64,000 nt of DNA, taken from NCBI GenBank assembly GCA_964451165.1, contig CAYVGJ010000019.1, forward strand, positions 1,524 through 65,523. The letters run 5' to 3'. The position numbers and the translations under genes are program-made. This DNA is from an uncultured bacterium (GTDB lineage: Bacteria > Auribacterota > Auribacteria > Auribacterales > Auribacteraceae). Positions 39,195 to 48,229 of the stretch are shown one piece after another. Each line of letters begins with the position of its first letter. Positions within the stretch are counted from its first letter, which is position 1. The notes beneath the pieces are model-generated. The model saw only the letters and a program-made list of their open reading frames with translations. It did not search any database and was not told the DNA's origin.

Positions 39195-39331
39195 CAAAAT
39201 ATCTTCCTGCAAATGATTAAAGTGTTATTTATCCCCTCAACAACGTTGAATAATATAATAGATCGAATAAAAAATATATAAAAATTTATTAAATTTATAA
39301 TATTATATACTTTTTTGGAAAAAAAATTTAA

Positions 39332-39349
39332 ATCTTTTGTTCAAAAGAT
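39332..39349. promoter_or_regulatory. Perfect 8-2-8 palindrome ATCTTTTG-TT-CAAAAGAT, a candidate operator in the divergent iorA / amidase intergenic region.
   Basis: An exact inverted repeat seen directly in the sequence. It lies ~50 bp upstream of the amidase start and ~140 bp upstream of the iorA start. Confidence 0.3.
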
Positions 39350-39397
39350 GATAAAGCAATATGCCATAATATAAAAATAAATTATAGGAAGATTAAA

Positions 39398-40522
39398 ATG
39401 AGAGTTGTCTTTATATTCGTTTCAATATTAATTTTCGCGATAAATTCTTTTGCGGGCGAAACACAGATTTATAGAAAAGCGTTAGAGAATCTCGCGAAAG
39501 AGAAAAAGTATTATATAGAGACTTATCCTGAATCAAAAATAAAGAAATTGGAAAAAAATAATTATTCGAAAATAAAATATTCAAAGAGAATAAAATCAAT
39601 ACTTAAAGGAATCAATGACGCCGAAAAAATTTTATATCGGAAGTTGCGTAATACTCGCAAAAATAAATCCTTGGAGAATTCTATTGTAGTTTTCCTTGAT
39701 CCCGGTCATGGAGGTATAGATAAAGGAGCAAATTTTAAATCGGATATTGTTGTGGGCGGAAACAAAAAAGAATTGACTGAAAAGGAAATAAATTTCGCCA
39801 TATCAAAAATGATTAAAAGAAAACTTGAGAGAAAGGGATATATTGTTATTTTATCACGAGATACAGTAAATGAAGGTCCTTCGTTATACGCACGTTCGGC
39901 CTTGTGCAGGGCAATTGAGCCCGATATTGCCGTATCAATCCATCTGAATTCGAGTGAATATGCTATACCTTTGATGAATAGAGTGGAAACTGCGATGCCT
40001 GAAATGAATTTTACAAAGGTATTTGTCTGGTTACCTTCAAAAATTGATTTATTTATACCATTTTATTATACAAATGTGAAAAAAATGGAAACTAATGGAA
40101 CAAGAAAAAAATCCATTTACCTGGCGGATTCAATAGCCAAAGAACTGAAATCATATTTGAATCTCGATTATGACATATCGGAAGAAGAAAGATTAAGGCT
40201 TGTGAAAGTAATTGAATTGCGAGAATCAATATATCCTACAAAAAAAGAAGTGATACATCTTGAAAAATACCCGCCTGTTTTATTGGAAAAATATACGGAA
40301 ATAAGCACGGAATACGAAAATGATATAAAAGATTATCCCGGTATTGCCGGAAAAGATTTGCATATGGTTAGAGAAATTCCGGCTGTGCCTTCTGTCCTTG
40401 TGGAATCAGTATTTCTTTCATGTCCGTATGAACAATATAAACTTGTATTCAAAAAGAGAAAAAATAAAATTGCCGATGCCGTTGCGCATGGTATAGAAAA
40501 TTATTTTAAAGAAAAGAAGTAA
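39398..40522 (+). CDS. N-acetylmuramoyl-L-alanine amidase (Amidase_3 family), secreted.
   Basis: Signal peptide. VVFLDPGHGGIDKGA (Zn-binding His), SIHLNS and SVLVESVFLSCP (Glu) are Amidase_3 catalytic motifs. There is a ~100-aa insertion between the motif blocks. Confidence 0.8.
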   Translation: MRVVFIFVSILIFAINSFAGETQIYRKALENLAKEKKYYIETYPESKIKKLEKNNYSKIKYSKRIKSILKGINDAEKILYRKLRNTRKNKSLENSIVVFLDPGHGGIDKGANFKSDIVVGGNKKELTEKEINFAISKMIKRKLERKGYIVILSRDTVNEGPSLYARSALCRAIEPDIAVSIHLNSSEYAIPLMNRVETAMPEMNFTKVFVWLPSKIDLFIPFYYTNVKKMETNGTRKKSIYLADSIAKELKSYLNLDYDISEEERLRLVKVIELRESIYPTKKEVIHLEKYPPVLLEKYTEISTEYENDIKDYPGIAGKDLHMVREIPAVPSVLVESVFLSCPYEQYKLVFKKRKNKIADAVAHGIENYFKEKK

Positions 40523-40527
40523 AAATA

Positions 40528-43500
40528 TTATTGTTCTTTTTTGGATAATTGAGTATTTGCAGGAACTTTTGTTTTATCAGGAACATTTTTGCCGAATAAT
40601 CTGGATGCGAAATCTACGGCTGTCGCTTTTGGGTTTCTGGGCACGAAAATCATATCGCCGGTTTCGAGATAAACATTATTTTTGCATTTATTTTCGAGGA
40701 TATAATCTGTAATGTCGAGTTTTATTATTTTACCTGTTGCCGCTCGTGTGATTTTAACGTGGGATAAGTCTGCTCTGGCTGTACTTGTTCCTCCGGCGAT
40801 AGAAATTGCCTCATAGGCGGTTAGTTTGCCGATGAGAGGATATACGCCTGGATTAGCGACTTCGCCAATAACAACAATTTTATCATTTGTATCGCCTTTG
40901 GGGGATACCTGTACTTCATATTTTGAGTACTTGCCTTTGATATTATCGGAAATAATTTGTTTTGCTTCCTGAGGTGTTAAACCATAAACCAGGACGTCAC
41001 CAAAAAAATCACTCTTGATATATCCGGATTGGTCAACTTTAAAAACTCCTTCATTGAGGATCTTGAAAGAATCTTTTTCAAGTATTTCAACTAATATGCT
41101 GTCGTTGTACCCAATGGTGTATTTTCTCGGATACTGAGTATAAGATTTTATAGATTTTATAGAGTCGGAATCTTTAATTTTAGCTCTTTGCGCTTCAATG
41201 GCGATTGTCAAATAAGAATAAATCCTGTATTCCTGACCGTAACCGGAATCGTTCCTGAATGATGAAGTAAGATTGAAATACTTATCGGAAGCGAGTTTAT
41301 ACGTCATTTTAAATGTGGGTTCAATTATTACGTTGCTGAAGCTTGTCCTGTTGCTTTCATTGGCTATCAATGCGATATAAGGATAAAGATCGAGCTGATG
41401 CGAAAACACATTTTTGAAATAAACAGGCCATCCGAAAGTAGCGGACAAAGTATGCATCTTTGCGTCTTCGGTTACATCCTGAATCTCCTGAAAATTATCG
41501 TTATTGAGCATATAGCTATATAATAGAGATAAACTTGCGGTATCCCATAAACTGAAAGTCAGCGTAGCATCGGTATGATTATTATAATCTCTTTCATAAT
41601 CCCATGCGGCAACAGGTTCAACCACATTTTTATCAGTGAAAAAATGACCGAAAGTAAAATCAACTCTGTCAAAGAAAGTTTTAAAAGCCTCAAAGGAAAA
41701 ATGATTTATATATGCCTGGTTGAAATCGTTTCTATCATCATTGCTGGAAGTAATTTTATACTGTCCGTTCAAATCCCAGTCATGTATATTTTTTGATAAA
41801 CCGAGGCAATAAGAGCTTAACAACCAGTCATTGCTTACATAATCTCCTCCGTCCGGTGATTTGTAATTTTCCAACGAAGCGTCCATAAGTACGTCAGGCA
41901 TTTTACCGCCGGGAATCCAACGCATATCAACTTTTCCTGAATGCCAGTTTTCTTCAGCCACAAGGGGATTATGATTAAGATTAGCTTTTGTTTTTGATAA
42001 ATTTAAGGAAAAGTTTAAATTATCTTTAGGGAAAAAATATGATTTGGATTCAGTAATGTCCCTGTCATAAGTGATTGTCTGAAAATAAGTGAAACCGCCA
42101 AGGTTTCTGAAATTGGGCTGTATACGTTGATAGACAGTTTCATTATGCCAATTTGGGAGAGCCATTTCACTGCGTAAATAAGTTGCGTAATCATTAAAAC
42201 TGTGATTGCGCGAAAGGACATCTTCCTGTGAGTAAATCGGACGGGTATTATCAATTTTTTGAAATAACCATGCATAGCTCATCTCATGATAAACATACCA
42301 TTTAAAATTATCACGAAGATAGTCAACATACATCTTGAAATTATTCCAGTATTTTCCTTTTTCAAATTCAGGTAATGGTTTTCTAATTTCCGTTACTTTA
42401 CGTCCTGGGAAAATATTGATAGATTGAGAGAAACCGGTTATATAACTATCCTGATATGGCAAATTATCTGAAATTTTCTTTACAGCGCTATGATCTTCCG
42501 AATGTGAGAAAAAAAGACCAAGGTGATATTTCGGATGAATTTTTAGAAGTATGTCAAAAGCGGTAATTTCGCGAGGATAAAAATAGTTTCTGCTGAAGCG
42601 CAAACTGTCGTGTGAATTCACGATTCGTGTAAAAGGCGAATTGCGTGTGGATCCGGTAACGTCAAAGCGGGATTCGTATACAGGCACAAAACCCCAGATG
42701 AATTTTGTTCGTACATTTTCGTTTAAATTCAAAATAAAATCAATACCTCTAAAATCAACGCCTGGTAATATAAAACGATTAGTATTGGTGCTGTATAAAC
42801 AATTCGTTGAAATATCGCCAACCATAACCTGCATTTCTTTGCTGTAATATTTCATGGTTACCTGTCGAAGGCGGTTCATCAACTCGTAATCGCCTGAATC
42901 CCAGGAACCGACTGATATGCGGGTATCTCCGTGTGATCGCCAGAAATCGTTAGCTCCTATAAAATCGAGGGGATTATCGTTAAGAGAAGTTTTTATTTTA
43001 AACTTCTCACCAACATGAATAGTGTCTTCATCAAAATTTGAACCGTCGCTTGAATATACATCAAATAGAGTCTTGCTCTCAACGCCCTCAAATTTTAAAA
43101 GTTCTTTTTTAGTTGGTTCTATTTTTTTTACTGCTTTAGGGAGGGTTACATTGACGATTTGTTTGTTAAGATCTTCATAAGTTGAATCAAGAAGCTTTGC
43201 CTCGTAATTCAGAGCAACTTGATTTTCAGGATGATATTTCAGTAGCTCTTTCCATTCATTAAGTGATTTATCGAACTCGCCCTGTTTGAATAATAACAAA
43301 GCAAGATATTTTCGTGCATTTTCATTTGCCGGATCTCTCGCGAGTACGTCACGGAAAGCCCTTATGGATTTATCATATTCATTATTATGGTATTCGACGA
43401 GCCCTTTCAGGATCATTTCATCAGCGTTGAAAGTACCTGCCGGGTCATAGACTAAAGGGCGTTCATCTATGGGGTCAGCGCAGGTTTCGGCAACAGAAGA

Positions 43501-43776
43501 ATTACTGGTTTTTGATTTCTCAATTTTATCCTTATAATCTGCCGCGATTTTGTTATTCGGATCCAATTGGAGAATTTGATTTATATGAGCAAGAGATTCG
43601 TCGAGTTTGTTTTGGTTATACAGATAAATAGCTTTACCGGTTAATAAGGATAAAGAACTATTGGACTGCGCGGTTGTAAATGAAGCGTTAAAAGCGATTA
43701 TAACAATGACGGCGCATGATTTGAAAAATCCTGTGTTTCTAAATTGAGTTAAGTTTTTAAAAAATATTTTTTTCAT
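40528..43776 (-). CDS. 1082-aa secreted fusion protein. It has N-terminal TPR repeats, a ~650-aa aromatic-rich putative beta-barrel region, and a C-terminal Wza/KpsD-type polysaccharide-export (Poly_export plus SLBB) domain.
   Basis: Signal peptide. TPR-like helices (ILQLDPNNKIAADY; AFRDVLARDPANENARKYLALLLFKQGEFDKS...YHPENQVAL). The C-terminus VDQSGYIKSDFFGDVLVYGLTPQEAKQII...KYEVQVSP matches the Poly_export pattern. IVVIGEVANPGVYPLIGKLTAYEAISIAGGTSTARADLSHVKI...LETGDMIFVP matches SLBB. Confidence 0.65.
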   Translation of the reverse strand: MKKIFFKNLTQFRNTGFFKSCAVIVIIAFNASFTTAQSNSSLSLLTGKAIYLYNQNKLDESLAHINQILQLDPNNKIAADYKDKIEKSKTSNSSVAETCADPIDERPLVYDPAGTFNADEMILKGLVEYHNNEYDKSIRAFRDVLARDPANENARKYLALLLFKQGEFDKSLNEWKELLKYHPENQVALNYEAKLLDSTYEDLNKQIVNVTLPKAVKKIEPTKKELLKFEGVESKTLFDVYSSDGSNFDEDTIHVGEKFKIKTSLNDNPLDFIGANDFWRSHGDTRISVGSWDSGDYELMNRLRQVTMKYYSKEMQVMVGDISTNCLYSTNTNRFILPGVDFRGIDFILNLNENVRTKFIWGFVPVYESRFDVTGSTRNSPFTRIVNSHDSLRFSRNYFYPREITAFDILLKIHPKYHLGLFFSHSEDHSAVKKISDNLPYQDSYITGFSQSINIFPGRKVTEIRKPLPEFEKGKYWNNFKMYVDYLRDNFKWYVYHEMSYAWLFQKIDNTRPIYSQEDVLSRNHSFNDYATYLRSEMALPNWHNETVYQRIQPNFRNLGGFTYFQTITYDRDITESKSYFFPKDNLNFSLNLSKTKANLNHNPLVAEENWHSGKVDMRWIPGGKMPDVLMDASLENYKSPDGGDYVSNDWLLSSYCLGLSKNIHDWDLNGQYKITSSNDDRNDFNQAYINHFSFEAFKTFFDRVDFTFGHFFTDKNVVEPVAAWDYERDYNNHTDATLTFSLWDTASLSLLYSYMLNNDNFQEIQDVTEDAKMHTLSATFGWPVYFKNVFSHQLDLYPYIALIANESNRTSFSNVIIEPTFKMTYKLASDKYFNLTSSFRNDSGYGQEYRIYSYLTIAIEAQRAKIKDSDSIKSIKSYTQYPRKYTIGYNDSILVEILEKDSFKILNEGVFKVDQSGYIKSDFFGDVLVYGLTPQEAKQIISDNIKGKYSKYEVQVSPKGDTNDKIVVIGEVANPGVYPLIGKLTAYEAISIAGGTSTARADLSHVKITRAATGKIIKLDITDYILENKCKNNVYLETGDMIFVPRNPKATAVDFASRLFGKNVPDKTKVPANTQLSKKEQ

Positions 43777-44810
43777 GGTGAAAACAGCTCCAGTATAACT
43801 CTGCCTCTATATTTTCCATGAACGGAGGATTCACCTATTTCACAGGCAAGATACATGTCAAACGGTTCCGGAGGAACGGAAAGTGTAAAGTCTCCGGTAA
43901 GGTTTGTGAAATTAAGGTATTGGCCTGAATAAGGGAATACTCCGACAAGGCTTCTCCAAGATCCTCTGTCTGTCGGTATATCGGAAAGGTCAGGGATGCT
44001 GAGCCATGGTTGGCGATCGAAATCTCTAACCTCTTTATCAGGAGAGGATTCATCCAGAAGCGGACCTCGCCAAAAATCATCTTCCTCAACAGGGGGAGGC
44101 CCTTGTAATAGTCCATCCCAACCGCTTGAATGAGCGTCCGGCCCCCAGTTTAATGTCCAGAATTTTATTGGAATAGTATATTTGCCCGAGGAATGAACTA
44201 AACCGGTCATGCTAAGTTTGCGGACAGTACCTTTTATTCCGGTAAAAGTATTCGCGTTATCGGTATATATGCGAAGCGCCCAAGGATGTTCGTCGCCAAG
44301 GCTGTTTGGCGCGAATATATCATACCTTACTTTAATAGGTATTGGATACATGAACCGTCCCTTGTGCAATGTGCCGAAAGTCAATCTTGAAGGATGTGCG
44401 TTTATCCCTTGTTTTGGACGCCCGATCTTTAAAGGATATGATCCGAAAAATGTTGCTGCGCGGGAATCATCAAAAGTATGGAAAAGCGCCATTTGTACCG
44501 AATAACTTCCTTCAAGCGAAGGTAATGTGATATCTATATTTACAGTTGTTCTCTGATTACGGCGTATTTGATAAACAGGTGCTCCAGCAGGGTATATTTC
44601 AAAAGTCTGAACACCTTGTCTCGTTAAAAAAATACCGCCATAGACAAATACGGTGGCGTTACCGGTGTTACGTACTCTGAGGGTAAATCTATGTAATGTG
44701 CCTGGCAAAGCTGTTTTTCTATAATAATACGAATCCGCGATAATATCGGAATAGGTTTCTGAAACAGGTATTAAAAAAAACAATAGAAAAATAAGATATA
44801 ATCTTTTCAT
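43773..44810 (-). CDS. Secreted hypothetical protein, paralog of the gene at 45718..46410.
   Basis: Signal peptide MKRLYLIFLLFFLIPV. It shares HPWALRIYTDN and the C-terminal GKYRGRVILELFSP* with the other paralog (YPWILRIYTDN; GKYGTRIILEIVSEP*). The start overlaps the upstream stop. Confidence 0.55.
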   Translation of the reverse strand: MKRLYLIFLLFFLIPVSETYSDIIADSYYYRKTALPGTLHRFTLRVRNTGNATVFVYGGIFLTRQGVQTFEIYPAGAPVYQIRRNQRTTVNIDITLPSLEGSYSVQMALFHTFDDSRAATFFGSYPLKIGRPKQGINAHPSRLTFGTLHKGRFMYPIPIKVRYDIFAPNSLGDEHPWALRIYTDNANTFTGIKGTVRKLSMTGLVHSSGKYTIPIKFWTLNWGPDAHSSGWDGLLQGPPPVEEDDFWRGPLLDESSPDKEVRDFDRQPWLSIPDLSDIPTDRGSWRSLVGVFPYSGQYLNFTNLTGDFTLSVPPEPFDMYLACEIGESSVHGKYRGRVILELFSP

Positions 44811-45709
44811 TGAGCTAAACTGCCCTTTTGTGTTATTGAAAAATTAGCTTCTTTCTGAACGATAACATTATCACCTAAATCAAGTGTAATCACAGCTGTA
44901 TATTGTGCCGACTTCTGCGGGTACCCGCTGAAAAACAATGGAATAACTTCACCAAAACCGGGAAAAACCGGTAATGTTTTGCCTGTGGGAACAGTTTTTA
45001 TAATATTCCCCTGACTATCCATAATGACAGCGTTTCCTTTAATACGTACATGGCGGGATCCGGTATTATTAAATGTTACATTTATTTTTATTGTTTTAGT
45101 TGGCGATAAATTAGATTCTTTAATAGGTATCTCCTCAAAATCAACTTTTGTTATTTCGCCTTTTATTTCAGTAGTGCCCTCTACAAATATGTAAATAGGT
45201 ATGGACCTGCGATATATCAGATTCATATCAAATGACATAGCGCCTTCATTATCGCCGATGGTTTCGTTATCGTTTTCGTTATCAGACTCAATTTTTGTTT
45301 TTTCAACAGGCGATGCCTGATCGAAAATAATGCAGGCGGCATATTCGCCTTTAGCGTTTTTGGGAACCTTTATTACAATATTACAATCTTTTTCAGAAGC
45401 CGGATTGATAAGAAGATTAGTTAACTGGGTTGATAACCATGATTCGCAAGAATTTAAAGATTCCTTAATGCTTTTATTCGCAGGAGTTATGCTTCCTGCG
45501 GAAAGGAGAAAACGGTATTCGCCGGTTTTAACACTTACAATAGATATATCAGCGGTTCTGTTTGCGAGTTTCAGGTTTAATTTTTGTTCGCTTCCTGCAG
45601 GCAAAGTGAGCTCGATTCTTGAAGGCTCCACATCAATTCCATATACACTGAAAGCGCTGAGAATATAGCTAAGAATGACGAATGTTTTTAAAAATAATGG
45701 TCTCATCAT
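44807..45709 (-). CDS. Secreted two-domain protein, a putative periplasmic chaperone-like (PapD/Ig-fold-like) component.
   Basis: Signal peptide. The N-terminal GIDVEPSRIELTLPAGSEQKLNLKLANRTADISIVSV resembles the first strands of pilus-chaperone/MSP-like beta-sandwich domains (cf. PapD: RTRAVFDGSEKSMTLDISN). A second, similar ~120-aa domain follows. The assignment is tentative. Confidence 0.35.
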   Translation of the reverse strand: MMRPLFLKTFVILSYILSAFSVYGIDVEPSRIELTLPAGSEQKLNLKLANRTADISIVSVKTGEYRFLLSAGSITPANKSIKESLNSCESWLSTQLTNLLINPASEKDCNIVIKVPKNAKGEYAACIIFDQASPVEKTKIESDNENDNETIGDNEGAMSFDMNLIYRRSIPIYIFVEGTTEIKGEITKVDFEEIPIKESNLSPTKTIKINVTFNNTGSRHVRIKGNAVIMDSQGNIIKTVPTGKTLPVFPGFGEVIPLFFSGYPQKSAQYTAVITLDLGDNVIVQKEANFSITQKGSLAQ

Positions 45710-45717
45710 ATTTCCTA

Positions 45718-46410
45718 TTAAGGTTCAGATACTATTTCAAGTATGATTCTTGTACCATATTTTCCATAAGGAGCGTTTTTGCCGTCAGTAGACTTTTCCG
45801 GTACCTGTACAGCGAGACTGATTTTAAAAGGCGTAATTAACGTGCGGTCGCCTAAAATATTATCATCATCGGAATAGAGGATATTGTCTCTTCCTGCCAC
45901 CCATGCCGGGTTACGCGGATCAATGCCGGCTACAATTACATCCATCGGTGTTTCTTCGTCTACCTCAGATCCCGGTTCCATATTGCGCACTTCAAAATAA
46001 GATTTATATTTTGGATTATTGATGTCAGGAATATAAACCCATTGCGGACCTGTATTATCTGTTTGAAACTTCACAGGTAACGATCCTCCGCCTTCCCTGA
46101 TAAGCCCTGCCGGTATCTTTTCAGGATACATACTTCCGCCGAGCCCCTGATAATTTTTGTTATCCGTATAGATACGCAGTATCCACGGATAAGGTTCGTT
46201 GCAACCGCCATCAACTTCTATGTAACCGATTTTGTTCTCGCCGGGCCTGGCGATAACCGGATTAATAACTCCTTTAAGCTTATATCCACCGAAAGAAGCT
46301 ACTGTGCAGGTGATATAAATCTCACTTGTGGATGTAGCGTATATAAAGGTACTTAACATACAGCCTATAAGTAATACAAAGATAATGGACCATGTTTTGC
46401 AGATTTTCAT
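45718..46410 (-). CDS. Secreted hypothetical protein, paralog of the gene at 43773..44810.
   Basis: The start is taken at the ATG complementary to 46408-46410 (MKICKTWSIIFVLLIGCMLSTFIYA, a signal peptide), with GGAGA 4-5 nt upstream. The conserved motifs are listed under the paralog. Confidence 0.55.
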   Translation of the reverse strand: MKICKTWSIIFVLLIGCMLSTFIYATSTSEIYITCTVASFGGYKLKGVINPVIARPGENKIGYIEVDGGCNEPYPWILRIYTDNKNYQGLGGSMYPEKIPAGLIREGGGSLPVKFQTDNTGPQWVYIPDINNPKYKSYFEVRNMEPGSEVDEETPMDVIVAGIDPRNPAWVAGRDNILYSDDDNILGDRTLITPFKISLAVQVPEKSTDGKNAPYGKYGTRIILEIVSEP

Positions 46411-46842
46411 AATATCTCCATCAAAATACAATTTTTTTAGTTTTATTTTTGATAAGGAAAATATTTACGTAAAAAGCGACTTAATTAAATATTTTGAAAT
46501 TCATGGATTAGGAAATGCTTCATTCAGCTATCTTGACAACAACAAAATTTTTTCGAAATATAACAAATAAAATTAACCTAATCAACCATTTTTTTTAATT
46601 ATTTTTTGTATTCGGAATAAATTGTTTAAATAAATTTATTCTTTGATACAAACTTTGTTAGTATATAACATCTTACAAATAATTATTTATTTACTTGTTC
46701 TGTTACTACTGACAAAATATATAAATATTTGTTACAGAAAAAAAATAAAAAATATTAAAATTAAAATAATGAGTATAATTCTTTTATCCGTATTTTAATA
46801 AAAAATAAAAATAAATTAATTATATAAGGTGATGAATGATAT

Positions 46843-48213
46843 ATGAGTGAAAATGATGATAAATTTGCAAACATCCTAAAAAAAATTGAAGAAGGCTTTA
46901 TCAAAATAAATAATGAAGATGAGAAAGCTAATATTAAAAATGAATTATTGGAATTAATTAAAAAATTAAGTGATTGTGAATCAAATACAATTCTCCTAAA
47001 CAACCTTCTCGATATTACGGTAAAGATAAATCAGGGCATGACTATAGATGAGATACTGGGTTATATTTACGATATATTTAAGAAATATATTCCATATAAT
47101 AGAATAGGATTATCATTGATTGATAAAAATGGGAAAGATCTGGTGGCATGTTGTACGCGATCCGATTCGGAAAAGATAAGAATAGAAGCCGGTTACCGGT
47201 CAACTTTAGAGGGGAGTAGTTTGGAATCGATAATAAGATCCGGTAACCCGAGGATAATAAACGATCTTGAGGAATATTACCGGCAACATCCTGATTCCGA
47301 ATCAACGGGATTGATATTGGAGGAAGGAATATTATCGAGCCTAACGTGTCCTCTTATCACCAATAACCGCCAGGTTGGTTTTATGTTTTTTTCGTCCCGG
47401 AACAAAAACACTTATAGAGATGAGCATATGGAAATTTATGTTCGTCTTGCAAATCAGGTAAGCCTTATTATCGAGAAGGCGCGGGTATACGAAGAATTGA
47501 TAGATCTGAACGAACTTAAGAATAAATTTATCGGGATGGTTGCGCATGATTTAAGGAATCCGATATCGGTGATAAAAGGAAGCGCAGAAATACTTCATTT
47601 GGATATGGAAACAAAAACCGATATTGAGTTTAGCATGAGGAAACCACAAATTGAGAACATATTGAATATTGTGGGTAAACAATGCAAAAAAATGCTTATG
47701 TTGATAGATGATCTTCTGGATATTAGTGCAATAGAGTCTGGTAATGTCAAAATCGAGAAAGTGCCAACAGATATATCATTGTTTCTTGATCAGATAATTG
47801 AAAACAATAAAGTGATAGCTGAAGTAAAAAACATACTTATAACCGGCAAATACCAGCGTAATATACCTCTGGTAAATATTGATATCAGGCGGATGGAACA
47901 GGTTATGGATAACCTTATTACCAACGCGGTAAAATTTTCCAATCCGGGAACTGAGATAACTGTGAAAAGTGAACTGCAAGCGGAAAAAGTTATTATAAGC
48001 GTGATTGATCAGGGACAGGGAATTCCCGAAGATGAACTTTCGAAGGTTTTTCTTCCTTTTTCCCGGACATCCGTAATGCCCACAGCAGGTGAGAAAGGTA
48101 CAGGTTTGGGGCTTGCAATCTCAAAGAAGATCGTTGAGCTCCATAATGGCAAAATATGGGTTGAGAGTGAAGTGGGTAAAGGAACAATATTCACTTTCAG
48201 TATACCGATCTAA
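46843..48213 (+). CDS. Cytoplasmic sensor histidine kinase with an N-terminal GAF-like domain (no TM and no adjacent response regulator).
   Basis: H-box FIGMVAHDLRNPISV. HATPase_c G-boxes DQGQGIPEDE and GTGLGLAISKKIVELHNGKIWVESEVGKGTIFTFSIP. AAGGTGA RBS. Confidence 0.85.
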   Translation: MSENDDKFANILKKIEEGFIKINNEDEKANIKNELLELIKKLSDCESNTILLNNLLDITVKINQGMTIDEILGYIYDIFKKYIPYNRIGLSLIDKNGKDLVACCTRSDSEKIRIEAGYRSTLEGSSLESIIRSGNPRIINDLEEYYRQHPDSESTGLILEEGILSSLTCPLITNNRQVGFMFFSSRNKNTYRDEHMEIYVRLANQVSLIIEKARVYEELIDLNELKNKFIGMVAHDLRNPISVIKGSAEILHLDMETKTDIEFSMRKPQIENILNIVGKQCKKMLMLIDDLLDISAIESGNVKIEKVPTDISLFLDQIIENNKVIAEVKNILITGKYQRNIPLVNIDIRRMEQVMDNLITNAVKFSNPGTEITVKSELQAEKVIISVIDQGQGIPEDELSKVFLPFSRTSVMPTAGEKGTGLGLAISKKIVELHNGKIWVESEVGKGTIFTFSIPI

Positions 48214-48229
48214 CTAAAAGTTTATCGGA

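Noticed and set aside
46643-46669. A possible sigma70-like promoter (TTGATA ... TATATA/TATAAC) in the 410-bp AT-rich gap upstream of the histidine kinase gene.
   Set aside because: The spacer is 13 or 15 bp depending on the -10 choice, and in DNA this AT-rich hexamer matches arise by chance. It was not reported as a feature.
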